From Aureliella sp. (GTDB taxonomy: Bacteria; Planctomycetota; Planctomycetia; Pirellulales; Pirellulaceae): a DNA stretch of 64,000 bases. This document shows positions 38,079 to 49,494 of the stretch, in pieces. A program made the translations under genes and the position numbers. The stretch covers positions 4,256,001 through 4,320,000 of the forward strand of contig OY829846.1 in NCBI GenBank assembly GCA_963691875.1, read 5' to 3'. How positions within the stretch are numbered: position 1 is the first letter of the stretch; each line of letters starts with the position of its first letter. The notes beneath the pieces are model-generated. The model searched no databases and was not told the origin of the DNA. It was given only the letters and a program-made list of their open reading frames with translations.

Positions 38079-39068
38079 ATGTTTGCGAAGATCAGTAGTG
38101 CAGGCCGAACCGACATTGGAAAGAAGCGCGACACGAACCAGGATCAGTACCTGATCGCGGACTTGAATAAATCCATGTTGGTGCAGTCGACGAGTCTTCA
38201 CCTTGAGGCGCAATCGCGCTTGTACGGCATGTCTCACGGCAAACTCTTCATGGTCGCCGACGGGATGGGTGGGCATCGTGGTGGCGATCGGGCAAGTACG
38301 CTCGCGATCGATCTGCTGATCAATCAGCTTCTAAACAGCATGCACTGGTTCTTTCAGATGGATATCGATCTGGAGGACCGCGAGCAGGGCTTCATCGAAG
38401 ACTTAAAACGCATGCTCCAGCGTGCTCACGAAGCCATCGAGCAGGAATCCAGCGAAGAAAAGGGTACAGCTGGAATGGGAACCACGCTGACCATGGCCTA
38501 CGTTATCTGGCCCTGGATGTATGTTGTCCATGCAGGCGACAGTCGCTGCTATCTGTTACGCAACAATGAAATCAAACAGCTCACCCGTGATCACACTGTT
38601 TCCAATCGGCTGATGGAGAAGGGCGGTATGACAGAGGCCGAGGCGGAGAAGTCGCCTTGGAGCAATGTTCTCTACAACGCACTCGGGGCCGGTGCCAGCG
38701 AAGTCAATGCCGAGGTCCACCGTGTCGCGCTGAAGCCGAACGACATGATCATGCTGTGCAGCGATGGCCTATATCGCTACCTCAAAGATGAAGAAATACG
38801 GGATATGTTACAGACCGAGATCGAACCCCTGGAGTGCTGTCGTTCCTTGATTGAGGTTGCCAACTTCCGAGGAGGTGCGGACAATATTACCGCCATCGTT
38901 GCGAAGCTTCATACCCCCGACGAAGACCAACCCAAAACGAGAGTGGCAGCAGAAGTTACCCTGGAGCGACTGCTTAGCGATGTCACCGGTTACCACCCCC
39001 GAAACTCAGGTGCAAAAACTAGCGAAATGCCGCCAGGTGCCGAACTTGTTGATACACATGAGAGTTAA
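38079..39068 (+). CDS. PP2C-family Ser/Thr protein phosphatase
   Basis: TDIGKKRDTNQD, VADGMGGH, MGTT, HAGDSRCY, TRDH, LCSDGL, GGADNIT. Confidence 0.95.
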   Translation: MFAKISSAGRTDIGKKRDTNQDQYLIADLNKSMLVQSTSLHLEAQSRLYGMSHGKLFMVADGMGGHRGGDRASTLAIDLLINQLLNSMHWFFQMDIDLEDREQGFIEDLKRMLQRAHEAIEQESSEEKGTAGMGTTLTMAYVIWPWMYVVHAGDSRCYLLRNNEIKQLTRDHTVSNRLMEKGGMTEAEAEKSPWSNVLYNALGAGASEVNAEVHRVALKPNDMIMLCSDGLYRYLKDEEIRDMLQTEIEPLECCRSLIEVANFRGGADNITAIVAKLHTPDEDQPKTRVAAEVTLERLLSDVTGYHPRNSGAKTSEMPPGAELVDTHES

Positions 39069-39071
39069 GTC

Positions 39072-42000
39072 GTGGACCTTTCTTCGATTGCGTCGCAGCT
39101 AGAATCTTGCGATGCGAGTGACCTGCAAAGTGTTGCTCAAGCTAGCGTTGCTCTTGCGCGTCAGATCCAGACTCGTGCCAAGGAGTTGCAGACTCCGGCC
39201 GAACGTCGTCAGCAGGCCGAGCTGGACCGTATGGTGCAGCACCCGCGCGACAAAGCGATCCTTACGCAGCTGACCGATCAAGCCTTTCGTTCAGAAACTG
39301 CTGCACGAGCCGCAGACCAGCTCGTGCACATTCTCGATGTCCAAGGTATTCCGCGCTTCTTCAGTCCAATCGAGCGGACCATGCTTCGCGGCTTCCAGTC
39401 CTTTGGTGGTTATCTACCTGGCGTTGCTGTTCCGCTCGTAAAAGAAAAGATGCGGCAAGAAACGGCGAACGTCATTTTGCCTGCTGAGAAAGAGATGCTG
39501 CAAAAGCACCTTTTCGAGCGACGCGGCGAAGGCGTGCGTATGAACGTTAACTTTCTTGGGGAAGCAATTCTTGGTGAGAAAGAGGCTCAGCGTCGTTTGG
39601 AATCGTATCTCAACGCGCTCCAGCTACCCGAGATCGAGTGCGTGTCGGCCAAGATCTCCACGCTTTACTCGCAGATCTCGACTCTGGCCCGCGAAGAAAC
39701 GATTCGTACGGTTGGGAATCGACTCGAGCTGCTTTATCGCGCGGCCAACCGTCATCGTTTCAAACGAAAAGACGGCTCGGAAGTGGCCAAGTTCGTGTAC
39801 TTGGACATGGAAGAATATCGGGACATGTCGTTGACCTCCGAAGTTTTCATGCAGACGCTCGATCGCAAAGGCATGGAGCAAGTGCGAGCTGGGATTGCGC
39901 TGCAAGCCTACGTTCCAGACAGTTTTCCTGTGCAGCAGCAAATCACCGAATGGGCCAAGAAGCGAGTAGCGAATGGTGGTGCGCCCGTGACGATTCGCAT
40001 CGTCAAAGGCGCCAACATGGAGATGGAACGTGTCGAGGCCTCGCATCGCGGTTGGCAGCAGGCTCCGTATCAAGAGAAGCCCGACACCGACGCAAACTAC
40101 AAGCAAATGGTGGTCTACGGTTTGCAGCCTGAAAACATGGCTGCTGTCCGCCTCGGTATTGCGAGCCACAATCTATTCGAAGTTGCCTTTTCTATAGTGT
40201 TGGCAGCAAAGCTGAACGTCATTGAGCACATCCAGTTCGAGATGCTCGAAGGCATGGCCAATCACCAGCGTCGAGCGTTGCACGAGATGGTCGATAACTT
40301 GCTTCTTTATGCGCCAGCCTGCCAACGCAAAGACTTCATTCATGCGATTGGTTATCTCGTGCGTCGGATGGACGAGAATACGGGCCCTGATAACTTCTTG
40401 CGCCACGCCTTCAAGATCGAAGTTGACAGTCCTGACTGGCAGAAGATGGAGAATCTCTTCTTGGATTCGATCGGGCGAATGAGCATGGTTCAAGTTGGCC
40501 CGCGTCGCAAACAAGATCGACGTACCGAAGGGTTCGCTGCCCCCGCTCCAGCTGACTGGCGGTTGCTAGAAAATGAACCAGATACCGATTTCTCGCTGAA
40601 GCAGAATGCGGTTTGGACGCAGCAAATCGTCGACACCTGGCAGCCGCGTTGCGACTCGGCTGCAACTGAGATTCCGCTTGCGATCAACGGCGAAGACCAA
40701 GCTGGGGAGGGCGCTGCGTTTGAGTCGGCAGATCCATCCCGACCTGGAGTTGTAGCTGCCAAGTATGCTCAAGCAAGCGAATCGCAAATCAAGACATCAC
40801 TTGAGTGCGCCGTTTCCGATTCAAGTGGTTGGCGAAAGTGCGGCGTGGAGGAACGCTACGAGTTGTTGCGAAAAGTGGCAGAAGAGATCCGTCGCCGTCG
40901 TGGTGATCTTGTGGGAGCTGCCATGGCGGATGCTGGGAAGATCGCAACGGAAAGTGATCCGGAGATTTCAGAGGCAGTGGACTTTGTGGAGTTCTATGCC
41001 AAGACCGCACTCGAGTTGCAGCAAGAGCAACGATTCGGAGCCAAGCCCGTTGGCACGGTGATTGTAGTTAGTCCTTGGAATTTTCCAATTGCAATTCCTT
41101 GCGGCGGGATCGCGGCAGCGCTGGCAGCAGGCAATACAGTCATTCTCAAGCCGGCCTCGGACACGGTCTTGCCTGCTCGTGTTCTCTGCGAGTGTTTCTG
41201 GGATGCTGGCGTGCCGCGTGAAGCCCTGCAGTTGGTGGCTTGCAGTGGTCGTGCTGCGGGTGAGTTCCTGTTGGCGGACGAGCGTGTGCAAACTGTCGTT
41301 CTGACTGGAGGCACTGAGACCGCCCAGCGTATCTTGGCTTCGCGCCCAGATTTGCATTTGCTGGCCGAAACGGGAGGAAAGAATGCGACGATCGTATCGA
41401 GCTTGAGTGATCGTGACTTGGCGATCAAGAACGTGTTGCACTCTGCGTTTTCTCATTCAGGGCAAAAGTGCAGTGCGACGAGTCTGTTGATCCTCGAACA
41501 AGAGGTTTACGAAGACAAAGACTTCAGGGGATCGCTGGAAGACGCGATTCAGAGTCTTACGGTCGGTTCTGCCTGGGATCTCAAGACCAAGATGGGACCC
41601 CTCATTCGACCGCCTCAGGGCGATTTGGCTCGTGGTTTGAAAGAGCTGGAGCCCGGTGAATCCTGGGCGGTGATGGCTCGCGACTTGCAAGACAATCCGT
41701 GCTTGTATTCACCAGGACTCAAGTGGGATGTCGCACCCGGTAGCTTCACGCACTTGACTGAGTTGTTTGGCCCTGTGCTCGGTGTGATGCCATATCGTGA
41801 TTTGAACTCTGCGATCGATCTTGTGCACCAAACAGGCTTTGGCTTGACCAGTGGTTTCGAGAGTCTCGACGATCGCGAGCAAGAGATTTGGACCTCTCGA
41901 CTGCAGGCAGGGAATCTCTACGTCAATCGTCCCACGACGGGCGCAATCGTTTTGCGTCAGCCATTCGGCGGCATGGGCAAGAGTGCCTTTGGTCCGGGCA

Positions 42001-42749
42001 TCAAGGCTGGTGGTCCCAACTATGTTGTGCCTTTGATGGACTTTGCGACGCTCGATGATTCCCCGATTGACGAGAAGGCAATGCCAAGTGCACCTGAGAA
42101 CGCTGCCTTGTCGGCATTCTGGCAGCGCTTGGCGACGATGCGGACCGAAGCATCACAGCAGGCTCGCGAGTGGCTCGGTCAGGAAGGTTGGCTGCGACTG
42201 CAAGATGCGATCTCTAGCTACGATGCGTTTGCTGCAGAGGAAATTCACCTGTCGCACGATACGTTGAAGTTGGTGGGGCAAGACAATATTCGACGCTACC
42301 AGCCAATGACGCACCTCCGCATCCGCGTCACTGAAAGCGATTCGTTGCTTGGTATCCTGGCTCGCTCAGCGGCAGTGATTGCAGTGGGCGGTCGCGCGAC
42401 GGTTAGCACTCCAACCGGAGTACACGCCGAGTGGCTGCAGGTGCTTGAGAAGCTCACTCAAGACTGGGCAGCAGACATCGAGTTCTTAGAGGAGAGCGAT
42501 GAGGAGCTGATTGCTGCAATTCAGGAGGAACAAGTCGATCGCCTTCGTTATTCAGGAGGCTCCCCGGTGCCGTTTGACGTCCGCAAGGCTGCTGACGACC
42601 AATTTGTCTACGTCGCCGATCGGCCGATCAGTCCCGAAGGCCGTCTGGAATTGCTTTGGTACGTTTGCGAGCAAAGTCTCTGCGTTGATTATCACCGCTA
42701 TGGCAATCTCGGCTTCCGCGCTGACGAAGAGCGTATGGAAGTCCTATAA
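39072..42749 (+). CDS. putA: Bifunctional proline dehydrogenase / L-glutamate gamma-semialdehyde dehydrogenase
   Basis: PRODH: NFLGEA, LDMEE, RIVKGAN, ASHN, FEMLEGM, YLVRRMDEN. P5CDH: SPWNFP, AETGGKN, GQKCSA, ELFGP, RQPFGG. Confidence 0.96.
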   Translation: MDLSSIASQLESCDASDLQSVAQASVALARQIQTRAKELQTPAERRQQAELDRMVQHPRDKAILTQLTDQAFRSETAARAADQLVHILDVQGIPRFFSPIERTMLRGFQSFGGYLPGVAVPLVKEKMRQETANVILPAEKEMLQKHLFERRGEGVRMNVNFLGEAILGEKEAQRRLESYLNALQLPEIECVSAKISTLYSQISTLAREETIRTVGNRLELLYRAANRHRFKRKDGSEVAKFVYLDMEEYRDMSLTSEVFMQTLDRKGMEQVRAGIALQAYVPDSFPVQQQITEWAKKRVANGGAPVTIRIVKGANMEMERVEASHRGWQQAPYQEKPDTDANYKQMVVYGLQPENMAAVRLGIASHNLFEVAFSIVLAAKLNVIEHIQFEMLEGMANHQRRALHEMVDNLLLYAPACQRKDFIHAIGYLVRRMDENTGPDNFLRHAFKIEVDSPDWQKMENLFLDSIGRMSMVQVGPRRKQDRRTEGFAAPAPADWRLLENEPDTDFSLKQNAVWTQQIVDTWQPRCDSAATEIPLAINGEDQAGEGAAFESADPSRPGVVAAKYAQASESQIKTSLECAVSDSSGWRKCGVEERYELLRKVAEEIRRRRGDLVGAAMADAGKIATESDPEISEAVDFVEFYAKTALELQQEQRFGAKPVGTVIVVSPWNFPIAIPCGGIAAALAAGNTVILKPASDTVLPARVLCECFWDAGVPREALQLVACSGRAAGEFLLADERVQTVVLTGGTETAQRILASRPDLHLLAETGGKNATIVSSLSDRDLAIKNVLHSAFSHSGQKCSATSLLILEQEVYEDKDFRGSLEDAIQSLTVGSAWDLKTKMGPLIRPPQGDLARGLKELEPGESWAVMARDLQDNPCLYSPGLKWDVAPGSFTHLTELFGPVLGVMPYRDLNSAIDLVHQTGFGLTSGFESLDDREQEIWTSRLQAGNLYVNRPTTGAIVLRQPFGGMGKSAFGPGIKAGGPNYVVPLMDFATLDDSPIDEKAMPSAPENAALSAFWQRLATMRTEASQQAREWLGQEGWLRLQDAISSYDAFAAEEIHLSHDTLKLVGQDNIRRYQPMTHLRIRVTESDSLLGILARSAAVIAVGGRATVSTPTGVHAEWLQVLEKLTQDWAADIEFLEESDEELIAAIQEEQVDRLRYSGGSPVPFDVRKAADDQFVYVADRPISPEGRLELLWYVCEQSLCVDYHRYGNLGFRADEERMEVL

Positions 42750-42752
42750 CCT

Positions 42753-42815
42753 GTAGGCCGATAACGAGCGCAGCGGCGCTGCGCTACGACCCTCTGCTTG
42801 CGGAGTGTCGGCCAC
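42753..42815. repeat. GTAG-type REP-like palindrome downstream of putA
   Basis: Begins GTAGGCCGATAA. Contains a perfect inverted repeat AGCGCAGCG-G-CGCTGCGCT (42767-42785). An outer TGTCGGCC can pair with GGCCGATA. Confidence 0.55.
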
Positions 42816-43084
42816 GACCTGCTACGCGTGTGCCCGGGTCCGTGGACATGCTTTATTCCCCGATCCCCCGCCGCCGCAGCAGAAGTTTTTCACCAGCGAG
42901 CCAGAGCGAGACAGCGTCCAGGACGGGTAGATTAACGATTTAGCAACCACGAGTTGAAACCTGAGGCTACCGGCGCCAATAAAGTTGATGTGCATTCATT
43001 CTTGATACAATGGTAGCGGTAGAGAAGTAGACTCTAGCCCGCTCTGATCCCACCTTAGCTGCTCGCCTTTTCCATACAAGCCAT

Positions 43085-46000
43085 ATGCTGCTGCGCTTCC
43101 TACTTGCCGTCTGCCTGTCCTGCGTCGTTTCAAAGACTCAAGCTAGCGACGCCGTTATGCTGCCGAATGACGTCCAGGAAATCTTGAAGCAAAACTGCAA
43201 TCACTGTCATGGAACGAACGATCCAGAAGGCGATGTGCGACTCGACACGATTCTCGATCTCGATCTGAACGCACAACTCGATTTACTCAATCGCGCTCAA
43301 GAACAACTGTTCTTGAAGCGAATGCCACCCGAGGAAGAAGAACAGCCAACAGCTTCGGAGAATGAGCGACTCCGAACTTGGGTTTCTACCGAACTCGCCA
43401 AGCACAATGCATCGTCGCTTGAGAAAAAATTGCAGAAACCAGAGTACGGAAACTATGTAGACCACGAAAAACTTTTCTCAGGCGAATAGTTGGACTCGCC
43501 GGGGTTTACCTGGGATCGCCGCTGGCTGATTAGCGAATACATCTTTAACGCGAAGTTTCAGCGGATCTTACAAGGCAACACACACGCGCGGCGACAGGGA
43601 AAGAACGTGCCTGTCTACGGCAGTCATCGCTTTCGTAGCTTGAGCTTGACCAACCCATTCTTGCTACCGACTCGATCGGGTGTGCGCTATTACGCCGACA
43701 CCGACCTCAGCGGCGGTCATCTTTCGAGCATGTTGACCAATGCGCAAAAGGCTTCGGAGTACATCACGGACTACTTGGTGAAGCGAAACCCAAAGTACCT
43801 GCCTGCGGTCCGCGAAATCATGGCTTTGGAGGAAGAGCAGAATGTCAAGCTCGCGGCTCGGCGCGAACTAATGAACGATTTTATCGCCAAGATCTGCGAC
43901 GAGGTTTACGGGGAAGAAGAGAACCTTGCGCTGCTGCCTCAATTCGCCGCTGTGAAGCTCAAGGAAGTCAAATCGCTTGAGGAGGGAGAGACTTACAAGA
44001 TAGCACCAACTCATGTTGCGATGAATATGCTGAAAAACCTGAAAGGCGAAAATACGGTTTTTCGGACATTGATAGATCCAGAGTATCAGGACTTCGATAA
44101 CCAGGCGTTTCGCGAGCACTGCGAGCGATCTTGGTTCTATTTTGGCGACCACGAGCGCGATATTCAAGGAAGGATGACCATCCTGCGGGACTACATGCCC
44201 GAGATCCGAGAACAGCTAGAAAAGAATCGCCGCAAGTACAAGTTGTTGGAGTTCAAGCCATTGGCTCCGGAAGAAATGGCCGCGATCGAAGCTGGTATTC
44301 GACAGCACCGCAAGCTGGGAGATCGATACGCACAGATCATCGAGAAGTGCATAGCCAAGTGGGAGAAGGATTTTGCAAAAAAGCGACTCGTGGCAGTTCC
44401 GCCTTCAGAGGAACTCATCGCGAAGCTCGTCGATCAGCTAAGTCTCCTGATCCTCGAGCGTTCGCCGAATGTCGACGAAGCGGACGAGTATCTTGCTGTT
44501 GCGAAAGGATACATCACCAAGCTTGGAAATCTGAAGGCGATTCAAAAGCTGATTCAAACTCTGATGCTGTCCAGCGAGTTTGTGTATCGACAGGAGTTTG
44601 GCAGCGGCGCGCCTGACCAATATGGAAGACGCATGCTCTCGCCGCGAGATGCCGCTTATGCAATCGCCTATGCGCTCACGGATCAGAGTCCTGATGCAGA
44701 GTTGGTTCTTGCGGCAGAAAACAGCAAGCTCAACACGCGAGAAGACTACCTTCGTGAAGTCAAACGCATTCTGGCAAAGCGAGATGTCTTTTACTTGATC
44801 GATCCGATCCTGGAGGACAAAAGCTATCCTGATAATACAACCGACACAGCGATTCGTAAGTTGCGATTTGTGCGAGAGTTTTTCGGCTATCCCAAAGACA
44901 TCACAATCTTCAAGGACGAAAAACGTTTTGGCGGCGATCGTATTGGAAATGCAACGGCACGATTGCTGAACGAGACAGATCGACTGGTTGAGCACATCCT
45001 AGAGCGGGACGTAAACGTCTTCGAAGAGTTGCTGACGACGGAAGAGTTTTACGTCTACCACGATGGTGACAATGAACGCATGCAGGCGGCTTCGGATCGC
45101 ATCAAAAGTATCTATGCACACTTCAAGGATCTGGATTGGCAGAACTTTGAGAAGGAAGATTTGCTCGATCACCGCGAATTCTTGAAGGAAGTCAAGATGC
45201 GCAGTGTGGATCCAGACAAGTTGGATGCACGCAATCGTCAGGGGAACACGATCCAGCTATTCAAAAAGTCGATGAAGACGATCACTGCTCGATTGAACAA
45301 AGGCCAGCAAGAGGCCGCGCCTTACGACCTCTATCGAGGTTACGGCAACGACTTCATGCGTGGTTATAACGTGGCCAAGTTCTTCAACTTCTCGCTAGAC
45401 AACTGGGACTACGAAACTCTCCAGCCTGCCAAAGTCGTTCATCGAAAGGGATTGTTGACGCATCCAGCCTGGTTGATGGCTCATGCGCAGAATACAGAAA
45501 CGGACCCGGTGATCCGAGGAAAATGGGTGCGCGAGAAATTGCTGGCCGGAACTATTCCTGACGTGCCAATTACGGTGGATGCTAAGATTCCCGAAGACCA
45601 TCACAGGACGTTGCGGGAACGACTAGCGAGTGCAACGGAGTCCGACTACTGTTGGAAATGCCATCAGCAGATGAATCCATTGGGCTACGCCTTTGAGATT
45701 TACGATGACTTCGGACGTTTCCGTTTAGAAGAACCGCTCGAACATCCTGATAACTTGATCCAGGTGGGGCCTGAACAACGTGGCGACCACCTTGTGGACA
45801 CGCGAGATACTTTCGAAACGCGCCCGGTTAATTCGAAGGGATTCTTGGAGGGAACCGGTAGTCCGTTGTTGGACGGAGAGGTTCGTGATGCGATGGAGCT
45901 GGCCGAGCGTCTGGGCAAATCGAAGCGAGTGCGGCAATCGATCATTCGGCATGCGTTCCGTTATTTCATGGGACGCAATGAGACGCTCTCCGATTCAAGA

Positions 46001-46114
46001 ACTCTCATAGATGCCGAGCAAGCTTACCTGGAGAGTGAAGGTAGCTTGGATGCAGTGATCGTTTCTCTGTTGACCTCTGATTCATTCATTTATCGAAAAG
46101 CTGTCGAGGATTGA
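43085..46114 (+). pseudogene. Planctomycete cytochrome c / DUF1588-type protein split by one in-frame TAG (43487-43489)
   Basis: Signal peptide and CNHCH in part 1. The same frame continues as LFSGE*LDSPGFT. Part 2 has RKGLLTHPAWL, DPVIRGKWVREKLL, TLRERL, CWKCH..MNPLG..FE.YDDFGRFR. Confidence 0.85.
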
Positions 46115-47499
46115 TTGTGCTCAACCGCAAAGAATTTCTAAAGACATCTACACTTGGCTTGGGCGCGATGGCACTGGCACCGTCCTTCAACCAATGCTTT
46201 GCCGCCTCGAGCTCCTCAGGAGTGCCGAGACGATTTGTTTTCATTCGAAAGTCGAGCGGAATTCGTCCAGCTGAAATCGCTCTGCAAGATTTTTCTGACA
46301 GCGACAAGGCACTGGACGAGCAGAAGCAAGCGTTGGAAGCTGACTTGCACAAGCATGAGCTGCCGAAATGGTTGCGTGGGTTGGATGAGCACAAAGAGCA
46401 TATGACCATCTTGCAGGGGCTTTCTGCAAAGATGAGCGAAAATATTCACTGGTCATTTTCCTCCGTGATGGGCTGCTTCAAGTCAAATCGAAATACGCTG
46501 AGCGCCATCAAGCGGACGACGGTCGACTTTGAGCTCGCCAAGCTATTTCCTTCGCCTTTCGGCCACGTTGAGCTTTCTTTTGCTGGCGGCCGTACAGGAA
46601 TCGTGGACGGCTACTCGGCTCCAGCGCCGCAGACACGGAACTACTGTTACGCGGATCCAGAAACAGCCCGCAATGAACTTTTCAAATCCGTGCTCAATCC
46701 CGAAGCGGTCAACTCGGACAATGACATGCTGTCGTTCCTGCAGAGCAAGGAAGGAATGCAGCTTAGCGGCATCAAGGGCCACGAGAAGCGACGACAAGAG
46801 ATGCAGGTCGATTCAATCGATGCCATTCGTCGCCGGAACGCGAAGCTGATCAAGATGGCTGGTTCGCTGGTGGATTTTTTGCCCGAGATTGATCCTGTAC
46901 ATGCAGGCGGTGGTCCCACGGCGAGCACACCTGAGAAGCAAGCTGCCATGACGGACGTGCTCATCGCGGCGCTGAAGTCAGGGCTGACCAACGTGGTGAC
47001 CTATACGATCGACGATCTCGGTACACCCATCACAGGACTTCCTGGGAACGAAACAGATCGCGTTGGGATCCATCCGTTGGGACATGACGAGGCTTTTGGC
47101 GGAGTGCCGGCCTGGAAGACTCGGGAGCAGATTCGGATCAGTCACGTGAATCAGATTGCGGCGATCGTCAAGGAGCTCAAGCATACTCCTGAGGCTGGTG
47201 GCACGATGTTTGACAATACGATGATCATGTACTTTCCTGAGAATGGCGAGACGCATCATGGTGTCGGCAAGGAGTCGCCTTTCCTAATCATGGCTGGCGA
47301 CAACTGCAAACTGAATTGCGCCGGTCGCTACATTCGGTTGCCTTATCTTGGAACCGACGGCCACAAGACGCTGGGCAACTGGTACACCACTTTGCTTAAC
47401 GCTCACGGGAACCCTATCGAGCACTACGGTGATCTCGATCCCGAAATGTCGCGCAAAAAATTGCCTCAGACTGGCCCCATCGATCAGTTGATGAGCTGA
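46111..47499 (+). CDS. DUF1552-family protein
   Basis: Tat-like NRKEFLK leader, PRRFVFI, GLTNVVT, HPLGH, PE.GGTMFDNTMIMY. Overlaps the stop of the DUF1588-type gene, its usual partner. Confidence 0.85.
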   Translation: MIVLNRKEFLKTSTLGLGAMALAPSFNQCFAASSSSGVPRRFVFIRKSSGIRPAEIALQDFSDSDKALDEQKQALEADLHKHELPKWLRGLDEHKEHMTILQGLSAKMSENIHWSFSSVMGCFKSNRNTLSAIKRTTVDFELAKLFPSPFGHVELSFAGGRTGIVDGYSAPAPQTRNYCYADPETARNELFKSVLNPEAVNSDNDMLSFLQSKEGMQLSGIKGHEKRRQEMQVDSIDAIRRRNAKLIKMAGSLVDFLPEIDPVHAGGGPTASTPEKQAAMTDVLIAALKSGLTNVVTYTIDDLGTPITGLPGNETDRVGIHPLGHDEAFGGVPAWKTREQIRISHVNQIAAIVKELKHTPEAGGTMFDNTMIMYFPENGETHHGVGKESPFLIMAGDNCKLNCAGRYIRLPYLGTDGHKTLGNWYTTLLNAHGNPIEHYGDLDPEMSRKKLPQTGPIDQLMS

Positions 47500-47562
47500 C
47501 CGTCTGACAGTTGGTTTCCTCATTGGGCGAAATTCCCCTCTTCTCATCCTCAGGGTTCAACC

Positions 47563-49392
47563 ATGAGCAGCCTTGGCAAGCATTTTCTTTCTGCGGTATT
47601 GCTTCTCGTCTTTGGAATGCCGGCGTTATGGGCGGATGAGACGTTCAAGGTCCACGGGATCTTCCGCAGCAATATGGTGTTGCAGCGTGATAAGCCCATC
47701 AGGATTTGGGGCTTCGCAAAGCCAGGGGACTCGGTAAGGGTTACCTTGGGTGACCTAGCAGAAGAGTCTCCTGCGATTGCATACGGAAATCCGTATGGGA
47801 ATTGGTCCGTCACCTTCGATCCGCAGCCAGCCAACACGACAGGCCAATCCTTGGTGGTGGAGTGTGGCGACCAAAGGATTGAGATGTCCAACATCCTCAT
47901 CGGCGATATCTGGGTCATGAATGGGCAGAGCAATATGGCGTTCGCGTTGAAGGCTGTTTATGAAGCCCAATTCGAAGCTTCAATGGCCCACATTCCATTA
48001 ATGCGTCATATCCGAATCAACGCGGGCGCGGAATCGGAACATGAGGAGACCGACTTGGCCGACGAGTTCATCAATGGAAACTCGGCGGACAAGAACTGGC
48101 AGATGGTAACGCCGGAGGTAGCATTGGAGATGGGCGCCATCGGATACTTCTTTGGTTCTCGGCTTCAGCGAAGTTTGCAAGTTCCCATTGGCATTATCGA
48201 TAACGCGCGGGGCGGTGCCTCCTTGGAGAGCTTGGTGCCGCGCCACAAGTTTGCAGAGGATCCGCTGGCGACCGAGTATCTGAAATGGGTGGATCAGCGG
48301 AACGCAGAGTTTAGTGAGGAAGATTTTCTTCAAGCTCAGATGGATCGTTGGCAACAAAATCACGACAAGTGGAAGGCTCAAGTTGCTGCGGACAAGGTGA
48401 AAGGGAAGCAGAGCAATCGTCGCGAGCCGAAGAAGCCCGACGGTAGTATTCGCACGTGGTCAGTTCCCGGGCGAAGTCCCAGTGATGCAGCTTCATGCTA
48501 CAACGGAATGTTTGGTGTCTTCAAAGGCCTCCGAATCAAGGGTGTTGCTTTTCATCAAGGTTTCAACAACGCGATGCTGAACACGAGTTGCAAGCCAGGT
48601 TTTTACCGCATGCTGATGAAGCTCATGGTTGAAGGCTGGCGCGACGATTTTGACGATCCAGATTTTGACGAGGCACCGCTGCCTGTCGCAATCATTGGGC
48701 TTTGTGCGGGTGGGAGAGCGCAGACAAGTCAGAACTTCGAGGAGCTTGGACTTTCGACTGCTGCGTACATTCGCGAGGCGCAGCGACTGGGGTTAGCAGA
48801 CGTAGGTGATCCAGAGCATACTGCTTTTATCCCCGCCTACGACCAGAAGATTCCACAGCTCCACACGAAGAAAAAGAAGGAGCTTGGACTGCGAACAGCG
48901 CGTTGGGCACTTAAGAGTGTTTATGACAATGAAGAGATCGTTTGGGATATAGCTCAGCTAGTCTCGGTTGCCATCGAAAGCGACCAATTGACTTTGACCT
49001 TCGATAAGGCTGTACGTCCCGATGATTTCGGCTCTGAGATAGAAGGCTTTTCCATCGCGGACGACTCTGGGGTTTTCTACATGGCGAATGCTGTACCGGT
49101 GCAAACAAAAGACAAGACCCTGCAGAACAAGCAGATTGTTGTTTCTAGCCCGCTGGTAGAGAAGCCACGGTGGGTACGTTATGCCTGGGCTCGATCGCCA
49201 ATGGGAAATCTGAAGGTCAACGGAATTCCTTGGCAACCACTGCATAGCTTTCGCACAGATGACGCTAATTTCGCCGCAGAAGTTTCGCACATGGATCCGG
49301 ATGGTCCACGCAAGAACTCTGAAACGATCAAGGCAATGAAGAGCGAAGCAAGTGCTGCCCTCAGGGCGAGGTTAGAGTCCGAGACGAACTAG
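47563..49392 (+). CDS. Sialate O-acetylesterase-like (SGNH) carbohydrate esterase
   Basis: IFRSNMVLQRDKPI.IWG, IGDIWVMNGQSNM, LQVPIGII, VRYAW. Has a signal peptide. Confidence 0.88.
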   Translation: MSSLGKHFLSAVLLLVFGMPALWADETFKVHGIFRSNMVLQRDKPIRIWGFAKPGDSVRVTLGDLAEESPAIAYGNPYGNWSVTFDPQPANTTGQSLVVECGDQRIEMSNILIGDIWVMNGQSNMAFALKAVYEAQFEASMAHIPLMRHIRINAGAESEHEETDLADEFINGNSADKNWQMVTPEVALEMGAIGYFFGSRLQRSLQVPIGIIDNARGGASLESLVPRHKFAEDPLATEYLKWVDQRNAEFSEEDFLQAQMDRWQQNHDKWKAQVAADKVKGKQSNRREPKKPDGSIRTWSVPGRSPSDAASCYNGMFGVFKGLRIKGVAFHQGFNNAMLNTSCKPGFYRMLMKLMVEGWRDDFDDPDFDEAPLPVAIIGLCAGGRAQTSQNFEELGLSTAAYIREAQRLGLADVGDPEHTAFIPAYDQKIPQLHTKKKKELGLRTARWALKSVYDNEEIVWDIAQLVSVAIESDQLTLTFDKAVRPDDFGSEIEGFSIADDSGVFYMANAVPVQTKDKTLQNKQIVVSSPLVEKPRWVRYAWARSPMGNLKVNGIPWQPLHSFRTDDANFAAEVSHMDPDGPRKNSETIKAMKSEASAALRARLESETN

Positions 49393-49494
49393 GATGTAGT
49401 TGCCGAAAGTAGCGTTAGCTACCGGACCACGTATGTGAGTGCAAGACATCCCGCATAAATGAGGGACTAAGAACGAAAGTGACTTCGCTTCGTG

